Source of the DNA: Pseudomonadota bacterium
GTDB lineage: Bacteria > Desulfobacterota > Desulfobacteria > Desulfobacterales > JAHIVH01
Length of the DNA: 64,000 nucleotides
Direction of reading: 5' to 3'
Assembly: GCA_018816735.1 (NCBI GenBank)
Contig: JAHIVH010000129.1
Coordinates: 479 to 64,478, forward strand
Shown here in pieces: positions 13,728 through 21,430 of this stretch; the first letter of the stretch is position 1; each line of letters begins with the position of its first letter. The notes beneath the pieces were generated by a model. The model was not told where the DNA came from and searched no databases. It saw only the letters and a program-made list of their open reading frames with translations. Made by a program: the position numbers and the translations under genes.

Positions 13728-14072
13728 TTACCGACCGCAGATATCCTCGCGGCGGACAGATGGCAGCTTATCGATCATGCCTTTTATTGCAGGATCGTCC
13801 TCAAGCCAGTGTTTCAGGTTACCCAGCAGATTGGCTGCATAGGGGCTGTCTTTCCCGTCTGAAAGATAATAATTGACCCACTTTTCCGTTTTCCGGGAAC
13901 ATACAAGGCCAGCTTCTTCCAGTATTTTTAAATGCTTGGAAACCGTAGGTTGCGCTATTCCTAAAACCTCGCGAAGCTCGCAAACACACATGGTCTTATG
14001 CTGAAGCAATTTAACAATTTTTGTCCTGTTTGGATCTGACAGGGCTTTTATCACTTTGGTGAACGCGTTCAT
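13728..14072 (-). CDS. arsR: ArsR/SmtB-family metalloregulator
   Basis: 'LSDPNRTKIVKLLQHKTMCVCELREVLGIAQPTVSKHLKILEEAGLV' (wHTH with a CVC sensing site). I placed the start at the ATG at 14072 (AGGA SD). The track ORF starts at 14114. Confidence 0.9.
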   Translation of the reverse strand: MNAFTKVIKALSDPNRTKIVKLLQHKTMCVCELREVLGIAQPTVSKHLKILEEAGLVCSRKTEKWVNYYLSDGKDSPYAANLLGNLKHWLEDDPAIKGMIDKLPSVRREDICGR

Positions 14073-14082
14073 TTTTATCCTC

Positions 14083-14102
14083 ATATTACTATGCGGTAAT
14101 AT
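14083..14102. promoter_or_regulatory. Candidate ArsR operator: 7-6-7 perfect inverted repeat ATATTAC-N6-GTAATAT
   Basis: Read directly: atattac (14083-14089), tatgcg, gtaatat (14096-14102). It lies 11 nt upstream of the arsR ATG. The background is AT-rich, so a chance occurrence is possible. Confidence 0.3.
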
Positions 14103-14250
14103 ATACCACCACATCTATTCGTCAAGGATAATATGTTTGATTCTTGGAAAAAAGTTGTTTTCCGGGTGGAAATTCGGCATATTGGTCCTTGAATATAGTT
14201 TATAGGCTTTTAAACGTATTTTTGTAATGATGTGAACAGGATGTTTGAAA

Positions 14251-14652
14251 ATGACCAAAAAGATCATGATTATTGATGATGAACCGGATATCCGGACGTA
14301 TCTGATGGCAATTTTAGAAGACAATGGATTTTCAGTATGCACGGTTTTGGATAATACGGAGGTCAAAAAAGGGGTGCTTTCAGAAAAGCCCGACCTCATT
14401 ATTCTTGATATCATGATGCCCCAGCGGTCCGGCATTTCTATATACAAGGAGCTTCGGACATGCAGTGCCTTAAATGCCATACCTGTGGCATTGATCAGTG
14501 GCATGATGCCGGAAAAGGATTTTATTGAAAAGGAGTTTCCCGCTCTGGTTGATGATAAAAGCGTATCCCCGCCAGACGGGTATATTGAAAAACCGGTCCA
14601 GGTGGAGAAGCTTGTTGCGCTGGTGACACAGCTTGTTGAAGAAAGAGGATAG
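14251..14652 (+). CDS. Stand-alone response-regulator receiver (CheY-like), RR1
   Basis: 'KIMIIDDEPDIR...KPDLIILDIMMPQRSG' with no output domain. ATG at 14251; the track uses the TTG at 14245. Confidence 0.9.
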   Translation: MTKKIMIIDDEPDIRTYLMAILEDNGFSVCTVLDNTEVKKGVLSEKPDLIILDIMMPQRSGISIYKELRTCSALNAIPVALISGMMPEKDFIEKEFPALVDDKSVSPPDGYIEKPVQVEKLVALVTQLVEERG

Positions 14653-14654
14653 TG

Positions 14655-16460
14655 ATGCCTGAAAAAATTAAATTAATGGACTGGATCAGGGAGCATCTGT
14701 TTAATGTGGTGCCCATGTCCATCGCGGTGATCGATAGAGACTTCAACCTTGTATATGCAAACAAGCCTTTTGAGGAGAAGTTTGGAAAGTGGAAAGGGAA
14801 AAAATGTTTTTCTGTTTATAAAAGCAGCACAACCATGTGTTTGAACTGCAAGGGCGCAGAAGCGTTTCAGGACGGAAAACCACGGGTAAACGAGGAGATC
14901 GGTTTTGATAAATCAGGAAAACTCACCAAATATATCAAACATACAATGCCGGTGGTTGATTCAGATGGAAGCATTCCGTTTCTGGTTGAAATGGCCACAG
15001 ATATCACAGAAGCTTCTATCATCAAAAAGGAATATCAACTTCTCTTTGACCAGGTACCCTGCAGTATCCTGGTTATTGACAGGAATTTCAGAATTGTACG
15101 AACCAATAAAAAAATTCGCGAAACATTTGGTGATCTGACAGGAAAGTATTGTTACAGCTCCCTTAAGGGTTTCAACGATAAATGTCTGGAATGCACGGCT
15201 AGAGATACGTTTTCAGACGGTGAAATGCATACCGGGAATCATGTGTGGCGAACAAAAGATGGTGAAGATATTCATTCTCACGTATCAACGGTGCCTCTTT
15301 TCAAGGAAGACGGGACATTTGACATGGTGATGGAAATGGCTGTGGATATTACCCATACACTTGAACTCGAGGATGAATTGAAAATCGCCTATTCTTTCAT
15401 GGAAACCATGATCGCCACGGCTATTGACGGTATCATCGCCATTGACATTGAAGGCGACATTATCATTTTTAACAAGGCTGCGAGAGATATTTTCAATATT
15501 CATGACAAGCGGAAAATGACAAAGATAGAGCTTGAGGTACTTCTTCCCGAAGGATTTATGGCTCAGGTGCTCTTGGGACCGGGACATGTTTATCTTCCTG
15601 AAGCATATGTCAAAACCATAGACGATGATAAAAAGCCGGTTCGGTTGTCAGGAAATAAAATTGAGTTTGGAGACGGAAAGTCCGGTATGGCATTTTCCAT
15701 ACAGGATTTAAGGGAGTTAAAGCGCCTTGAATCGGAAAAGCTCGAAGCCGAACGAATGGCTGCTGTGGGACAGACAGTGGCAGGCCTTGCCCATGGTGTC
15801 AAAAATCTGATAACCGGCCTTGAAGGCGGTATGTATATGATGAATTCCGGAATGAAGAAAGGCGATGTGGATAGAATTCAAAAAGGGCTTGAAATGCTCG
15901 ATAGAAATATCTTAAGGGTGTCGACTTTCGTAAAGGAATTTCTTAATTTTTCCAAAGGCCGTAAAATAAAAGTGGGTGAATGCGAACCTGGAAAAATTGC
16001 AAGAGACGTTGTGGAACTTTATGCCAGCCAGGCAGGAAAATTTTCTGTCGAGCTGATTTGCGAAACAGACGACAATATCATGCCTGCGCTTATGGATGGA
16101 GAAGGCATTCATGAATGTCTGACCAATCTCGTGGGAAACGCCATTGATGCGTGCCGGATGAGCGACAACCAAGGTGGCAATCATGTCTGGGTTAAAACTC
16201 ACGAAAAAGATGATGTGATTGTCTATGAAGTTGTTGACGATGGATGTGGAATGGATTACGAAGTCAAGAAAAAAGTCTTTACCAATTTTTTTACGACAAA
16301 AGGTCTGGGCGGAACTGGCATCGGCCTGTTAACGACCAAGAAAATCGTTCAGGAACATGGCGGGAAAATAGAACTTCAGTCTGAGGAGGGCAAGGGAACC
16401 ACTTTCAGGATTCGCCTGCCGAGAAACCGACTTCCCAAACCTGAATCAATTGATATTTGA
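14655..16460 (+). CDS. Soluble multi-PAS sensor histidine kinase with two C-x10-C-x2-C PAS domains (HK1)
   Basis: No TM segment. 'GKKCFSVYKSSTTMCLNCKG' and 'GKYCYSSLKGFNDKCLECTA'. H-box 'AGLAHGVKNLITGLEGG'. ATPase boxes 'NLVGNAIDA', 'DDGCGM' and 'GGTGIGL'. Confidence 0.9.
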   Translation: MPEKIKLMDWIREHLFNVVPMSIAVIDRDFNLVYANKPFEEKFGKWKGKKCFSVYKSSTTMCLNCKGAEAFQDGKPRVNEEIGFDKSGKLTKYIKHTMPVVDSDGSIPFLVEMATDITEASIIKKEYQLLFDQVPCSILVIDRNFRIVRTNKKIRETFGDLTGKYCYSSLKGFNDKCLECTARDTFSDGEMHTGNHVWRTKDGEDIHSHVSTVPLFKEDGTFDMVMEMAVDITHTLELEDELKIAYSFMETMIATAIDGIIAIDIEGDIIIFNKAARDIFNIHDKRKMTKIELEVLLPEGFMAQVLLGPGHVYLPEAYVKTIDDDKKPVRLSGNKIEFGDGKSGMAFSIQDLRELKRLESEKLEAERMAAVGQTVAGLAHGVKNLITGLEGGMYMMNSGMKKGDVDRIQKGLEMLDRNILRVSTFVKEFLNFSKGRKIKVGECEPGKIARDVVELYASQAGKFSVELICETDDNIMPALMDGEGIHECLTNLVGNAIDACRMSDNQGGNHVWVKTHEKDDVIVYEVVDDGCGMDYEVKKKVFTNFFTTKGLGGTGIGLLTTKKIVQEHGGKIELQSEEGKGTTFRIRLPRNRLPKPESIDI

Positions 16461-16488
16461 CAATATAACTGGTGAAATTACCTTACCA

Positions 16489-18243
16489 ATGAACGGGAAA
16501 AAAAATCTGGTATTATTCCTTGGAGACGGGGTAAATAATCTTCATCTGATTGCAGAGTGTCTGGCAAGAGAGATAAACAGGGAGCCTGTGGAATTTATCA
16601 GTGCATCCATGACGCCACCTCTGATTAATCCGTTAACCGCCAAGGTCATGCAGGCTTCGGGATTTGATATCTCAACGCTTCCTCTGCGTTCACTTCTTGA
16701 TGTGGAACCGTTCATGTTCGATTTGATTATCACCGTTGGAGATTTTGATCAGGATTGCAGACCCACGCTGCCGGGCATGCCGCCTCATTTTCACTGGGAT
16801 GTGCCTGATCCTCCGCCAGGTACAGATGTTGAAGAACTTTTCAGGTCCTTGAGAGAAGCAAAGGACATGATCCTCAATAAACTGGATACCATATTTTCTT
16901 CAGGACTATTGACGGCCCTTTTTGTAACACGACGAAAACTTGAAGTGATTATCGATAACCTCCTGGATGGTGTTATGGCGCATACCACCAATCGACGGAT
17001 TTTCTTTTTCAATAAGGCTGCGGAGAATATTACCGGATACAGACGGGAAGATATTCTGGGGAAAGACTGCCATGATGTTTTTCCTGGCAGGTTTTGCGGT
17101 GGGGATTGCGAATTCTGCGAAAGTGCAGAGAAAAATATGAAAGGTCATGTCATGAAAAAGGAAATCTTTTTCAGACGTCTGGAGGGAGATGAACGTGTTC
17201 TTAAAATGTCCATCATGCCGCTTTCAGATGAAGAGGGAAAGGATATTGGCGCACTTCTTTCATTCAGGGATGATACTGAACTGGATCAACTGAAAAGACG
17301 GCTAAGACATCATCATACGCTTGGAAATCTTGTGGGGAAAGACCCTAAAACACTGGAGCTTTTTGATCAGATCAGAGAAGTGAGCTCGGTAATGGTTCCG
17401 GTTTTGGTTGAAGGGGAGAGTGGCACAGGAAAAGAACTGGTGGCAAATGCCATTCATGATATTGGTCCCAGGACCGGGAAGCCTTTTGTTGCCATCAATT
17501 GCGGCGCATTGCCGGAAGGGATTCTCGAAAGTGAACTTTTTGGCCATGTCAGTGGTGCGTTTACAGGTGCCGTTCAGAACAGGAAAGGCCGATTCGAACT
17601 GGCTGACGGGGGAACGATTTTTCTGGACGAAGTGGGTGAACTGACGTCTGCCATGCAGGTTAAGCTGCTTCGCGTGCTTCAGGAAAAGAGATTTGAAAGG
17701 GTTGGGGGAGAAAAGACCATTCAGGTCGACGTCAGAGTGATTAGCGCTACAAATCAGAATTTAAAAGAGCTGATTGACAAAAAAATGTTCAGACGGGATC
17801 TGTATTACAGACTGTGCGTCATGCCTATTTCTCTTTTGCCTTTAAGGGAAAGACGCCTTGACATACCCACGCTGGTGGAACATTTTCTTGAAGTGATTGC
17901 AAGTGAGGTCAAGCGGTCTGTCCTGGTACCGTCCAATGATGTGATGGATGCATTGTCCCGTTATGACTGGCCGGGAAACGTAAGAGAGCTTCGAAACGCA
18001 ATCGAATACACGTATGTAAAATGCAGAACCGGAAAAATTATCCTGGACCACCTGCCTCCGGAGATTGTGAATTTCAAACAGAAAATAAAAGTTAAACCTG
18101 GCCCCTCTCTCAAGCACAACAAGGAGGAAGTGATCCTTGCGCTGTCACAATCTGAAGGCAACAGAAAAGAAGCTGCCAAAATTCTTGGCATCGGCCGAGC
18201 GACACTTTACCGGTATCTGGATGTTTATGAGCTTAATTCCTGA
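16489..18243 (+). CDS. Sigma-54-dependent transcriptional activator (bEBP): degenerate ArsC/LMW-PTP-like domain, Cys-rich PAS, AAA+, Fis-type HTH; no receiver domain
   Basis: AAA+ 'GESGTGKE', 'GAFTGA', 'ESELFGH', 'WPGNVREL'. C-terminal HTH 'NRKEAAKILGIGRATLYRYL'. PAS 'GKDCHDVFPGRFCGGDCEFCES'. The N-terminal ~130 aa is colinear with the ArsC at 12162-12608. The start is either the ATG at 16489 or the TTG at 16450. Confidence 0.9.
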   Translation: MNGKKNLVLFLGDGVNNLHLIAECLAREINREPVEFISASMTPPLINPLTAKVMQASGFDISTLPLRSLLDVEPFMFDLIITVGDFDQDCRPTLPGMPPHFHWDVPDPPPGTDVEELFRSLREAKDMILNKLDTIFSSGLLTALFVTRRKLEVIIDNLLDGVMAHTTNRRIFFFNKAAENITGYRREDILGKDCHDVFPGRFCGGDCEFCESAEKNMKGHVMKKEIFFRRLEGDERVLKMSIMPLSDEEGKDIGALLSFRDDTELDQLKRRLRHHHTLGNLVGKDPKTLELFDQIREVSSVMVPVLVEGESGTGKELVANAIHDIGPRTGKPFVAINCGALPEGILESELFGHVSGAFTGAVQNRKGRFELADGGTIFLDEVGELTSAMQVKLLRVLQEKRFERVGGEKTIQVDVRVISATNQNLKELIDKKMFRRDLYYRLCVMPISLLPLRERRLDIPTLVEHFLEVIASEVKRSVLVPSNDVMDALSRYDWPGNVRELRNAIEYTYVKCRTGKIILDHLPPEIVNFKQKIKVKPGPSLKHNKEEVILALSQSEGNRKEAAKILGIGRATLYRYLDVYELNS

Positions 18244-18289
18244 ATGGGGATCAAGGGAAGGGCTATGATGTCTACTACAGGGGTTTCCA

Positions 18290-19237
18290 ATGGATAAACC
18301 GCTACCCATTTTATACAGAAACGAATACAATATGGGCTTTATGGGCGTTCAGAGACTCCACCCCTTTGATTCGGAAAAATTTGGTAAAATCAAACGTTAT
18401 CTGATGACCCATGCAGGCCTTGAACCCTCATCTTTTGTTCGACCGGATCAGGCAATCAGTGAAGCGGAACTTCTCATCGTTCATACAAAAGCGTATCTTG
18501 AGTCTTTGAAGAAGTCTTCGACTGTGGCAAGAATTGCAGAGCTGAAACTCCTTGCTTTTTCGCCCAATCTCTTACTCCGGAAATTTTTTCTGGCACCAAT
18601 GAGATATGCAACTTTTGGGACCATTAAGGCTTCCGAGCTTGCGCTTGAAAGAGGTTGGGCCATTAATCTTTCAGGCGGGTATCATCACGCAAAACGCGTT
18701 GATGGGGACGGCTTCTGTTTTTATGCCGACATCCCCCTTGCCATCCGGAAATTGAGAGAGAAGAATAATTCCCTTAAAGCGTTGGTCATAGACCTTGATG
18801 CCCATCAGGGAAACGGTATTGAAGATTATTTTAAGGATGACAAAAATAGTTTTATCATGGATGTGTATAATCGGGAAATCTACCCTGAAGATGAGCCCAT
18901 GAAAGCACATATTGATTTTCATTTTCCGGTTGCCTCAGGCACCGGAGACAACGACTACCTCTCTCTACTTGAAACAAATGTCCCCCATGCCATTCGATCA
19001 TCAGGCCCGGACATCATTTTTTATAATGCAGGCACAGATATTCTTGATGGTGATCCACTGGGAAAGATGAACATTACGGATAACGGCATTGTCAAACGGG
19101 ATGAAATCGTTTTCAAGGCAGCCATGGACGCTAAAATCCCCATCGTCATGGTGTTGTCCGGCGGGTATACCAAACGTTCCGGTTTTGTGATCGGCAGATC
19201 GGTCACGAATCTTTTAAAGACCGTATTGCCGCGATAG
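18290..19237 (+). CDS. Zn-dependent deacetylase/deacylase of the histone deacetylase family, class IV (HDAC11-like)
   Basis: 'WAINLSGGYHHAKRVDGDGFCFYADI', 'VIDLDAHQGNG', 'YNAGTDILDGDPLG', 'VLSGGYTK'. All catalytic and Zn motifs are present. It is colinear end-to-end with my recollection of human HDAC11. Confidence 0.88.
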   Translation: MDKPLPILYRNEYNMGFMGVQRLHPFDSEKFGKIKRYLMTHAGLEPSSFVRPDQAISEAELLIVHTKAYLESLKKSSTVARIAELKLLAFSPNLLLRKFFLAPMRYATFGTIKASELALERGWAINLSGGYHHAKRVDGDGFCFYADIPLAIRKLREKNNSLKALVIDLDAHQGNGIEDYFKDDKNSFIMDVYNREIYPEDEPMKAHIDFHFPVASGTGDNDYLSLLETNVPHAIRSSGPDIIFYNAGTDILDGDPLGKMNITDNGIVKRDEIVFKAAMDAKIPIVMVLSGGYTKRSGFVIGRSVTNLLKTVLPR

Positions 19238-19440
19238 ACAGCACCTTTCTGTTTGTGAAAGAAAAGATTTTTGAGAGCATATTATTTAATATCTATTTTA
19301 TTATTCATTTTTATATTGCATCAATCAAGGATTATTGTCATTTATAAACGATTTGCCCATCATTATCATTTATCCATTTCATTCCTTCGTCTCACATTAA
19401 ATTCCCTTATAAGAATAATAATTAAAACTGTTTCGTGTCC

Positions 19441-19657
19441 CGTGTCTCAAGTTCGTTTCAGGTCACTTCTAAAGACATGCCATAATTAACGCATCTTCTG
19501 ATTAATTCGTAATTTCAGCCAACTATAAAAAGCGATCCATTGATCAGGACGCGGATTCCTCTGAATTATCCTGAGACACGATAAATATTCAACATCATAA
19601 AAATATATAACTAATTGTAATTATTTATATATTTTAATTTAATTTATTAGAGACACG
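19441..19657. repeat. Three copies of (T)GAGACACG in the sigma-54 promoter upstream region: candidate enhancer (UAS) sites
   Basis: cgtgtctca at 19441-19449 (minus orientation), tgagacacg at 19572-19580, and gagacacg at 19650-19657 abutting the -24 element. They are embedded in very AT-rich DNA. Confidence 0.45.
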
Positions 19658-19659
19658 TC

Positions 19660-19675
19660 TGGCACGAAATCTGCT
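19660..19675 (+). promoter_or_regulatory. Sigma-54 (-24/-12) promoter TGGCACgaaatCTGCt
   Basis: TGGCAC-N5-CTGC has the correct GG-N10-GC spacing, 46 nt upstream of the ATG at 19721. A bEBP gene lies 1.4 kb upstream. Confidence 0.6.
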
Positions 19676-19720
19676 CTTAACTCTATCGGCACATCTGAGG
19701 TTCAAAAAAAGGAAAACGCG

Positions 19721-19945
19721 ATGGATGGGAAAACCACAACAGACCTTGCGAACAAACATTTAAAAATGGTGATCGACCTTTGCTACGAGATGCTGGAATT
19801 GGCAGATCATGGTGATAAATTCCGGCTGGATACCGGTTGTGGCGTCGTATATGGGACTTTGCGGGATGTGGCGTATAAGGTGAGAAAACTCGCTGAGAAA
19901 GAACTTGTGCAGCATGGTACGGAAGAGAGTTACCAAGGAGAATAG
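19721..19945 (+). CDS. Small hypothetical protein (74 aa), first ORF behind the sigma-54 promoter
   Basis: ATG preceded by 'AAAGGAAAACGCG'. Helical-looking, non-low-complexity sequence 'LKMVIDLCYEMLELADHGDKFRLDTGCGVVYGTLRDVAYKVRKLAEKEL'. No family recognised. Confidence 0.55.
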   Translation: MDGKTTTDLANKHLKMVIDLCYEMLELADHGDKFRLDTGCGVVYGTLRDVAYKVRKLAEKELVQHGTEESYQGE

Positions 19946-20046
19946 ACAGCGTACATACCTTGAATAAGGTTTATTTTTTAACCATAATTAACCGGAAGAG
20001 GCGGGATGCAAAGGTTTCCTCTTCCTAAAAAAAGGAAAAACTGAAG

Positions 20047-20430
20047 ATGAGCGAAAAGAAAAAAATTTTGGTAGTGGATGATGAAAAAGACGTCCTGACC
20101 TATCTGACCACACTTCTTGAAGACAACGGCTATGAAACTGTTTCTGCCGGAGATGGACTGAAAGGGTTTGATCTTGCCAAGAGCGAAAAACCGGATCTGA
20201 TCACCCTGGATATCACCATGCCGGATCAATCCGGTGTAAGGACATATCGCTATTATAAGGAAGATGAAGAATTAAAAGATATACCTGTCATCATTGTCAC
20301 GGCTATTGGCGATTCCATGAGAAGTTTTTTGAAGAAACTGGCTGGTTTTAAGGAACCGGAAGGATTTATGAACAAACCGATAGATGAAGCCGAACTTTTG
20401 AAAATGGTTTCGGATCTTTTAAATAAATAA
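20047..20430 (+). CDS. Stand-alone response-regulator receiver, RR2
   Basis: 'KILVVDDEKDV...KPDLITLDITMPDQSG...IPVIIVTA', 127 aa, no output domain. Confidence 0.9.
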   Translation: MSEKKKILVVDDEKDVLTYLTTLLEDNGYETVSAGDGLKGFDLAKSEKPDLITLDITMPDQSGVRTYRYYKEDEELKDIPVIIVTAIGDSMRSFLKKLAGFKEPEGFMNKPIDEAELLKMVSDLLNK

Positions 20431-20488
20431 GCCTTTGTTGTCAGAAGAAGATACCCATTCTGTCAATGAGTGATTAAAGGAGAATGAA

Positions 20489-21427
20489 ATGTCTCAATTT
20501 GTGTATGTTGTTGCGTATCTGTCGATCATTGTTTTTTTTGTTGCGGTCGTAAAAAAGATCAAGAATTATCTGGACAAACCCATTCATGTCAGGTGGGAGC
20601 TTTATCCGGTTGCCCATGAGGGCGGTGGGCGAGATCAATATGGTGGAAGCTATCTGGAAGACGTGGGCTGGTGGGGAAAAGAACGGGACGTGTCTATGAT
20701 CGGTGAGTTAAAGGTCATGATTCCCGAAATCCTTTTGCTTAAAGCAGTATGGGAACATAATCGTCCCCTGTGGTATGCGACTTACCCCTTTCATCTTGGA
20801 CTTTATCTGATTGTCGGGTTTATAGGAACCCTTCTGGTTACATCCGTTTCAGGACTGATCGGCCTTGAACATGCGTTTTATATGTTACCTGTGTCTGCGT
20901 TGACCAATTTGCTTGGCCCTGCCGGATTCATTTTATGCATCGCAGGGGCTTTGGGCCTTATTTATAAAAGGATGACCGATCCGGGGTTAAAAAATTATTC
21001 AAGCCCCGGGCATTTCTTCAATCTGATGCTCTTTATTGTGACCATGGGTGTGGCAACACTTACCTGGCTTTTTGTCGATCCTTCATTTCAACTTACCAGA
21101 CAGTTTGTGTCCAATCTGATCAGTTTCAACATAGCGCCGATTGACAGTTCATTGTTTATGGTTCAGGTGATTTTGGGCGTTCTGACCCTGGCATACATTC
21201 CTCTGACGCATATGTCCCATTTTTTTATGAAGTATTTTCTCTATCACGATATCAGGTGGGGTGACGAGCCAAATATCAATACCCCGAAAACCGATGCAAA
21301 GATAGGTATTGTGTTGAATTATCCCGTAAGCTGGTCTGCGTCTCACATTGCAGGACACGGCAAGGAAACCTGGGCTGAAGTCGCCACTTTTAACCCCGCA
21401 GCAGAACCGGAAGAAGGAAAGGAGTAA
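20489..21427 (+). CDS. NarI/DsrM-like integral-membrane cytochrome b (quinol-interacting subunit)
   Basis: 312 aa with multiple TM helices carrying conserved His ('YPFHLGLY', 'IPLTHMSHFFMKYFLYHD'). It is paired 3 nt upstream of an HdrD/DsrK-like gene. Confidence 0.7.
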   Translation: MSQFVYVVAYLSIIVFFVAVVKKIKNYLDKPIHVRWELYPVAHEGGGRDQYGGSYLEDVGWWGKERDVSMIGELKVMIPEILLLKAVWEHNRPLWYATYPFHLGLYLIVGFIGTLLVTSVSGLIGLEHAFYMLPVSALTNLLGPAGFILCIAGALGLIYKRMTDPGLKNYSSPGHFFNLMLFIVTMGVATLTWLFVDPSFQLTRQFVSNLISFNIAPIDSSLFMVQVILGVLTLAYIPLTHMSHFFMKYFLYHDIRWGDEPNINTPKTDAKIGIVLNYPVSWSASHIAGHGKETWAEVATFNPAAEPEEGKE

Positions 21428-21430
21428 AAA

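Noticed and set aside
14115-14504. 129-aa minus-strand ORF spanning the arsR-RR1 spacer and the RR1 5' end
   Set aside because: It is antisense to a clear receiver-domain gene and runs through the divergent promoter region. It has no motif or SD.
19271-19489. 72-aa plus-strand ORF in the spacer after the HDAC gene
   Set aside because: It has a non-ATG start and an I/L/F/R low-complexity product of AT-rich DNA. The region is better explained as sigma-54 enhancer/promoter DNA.
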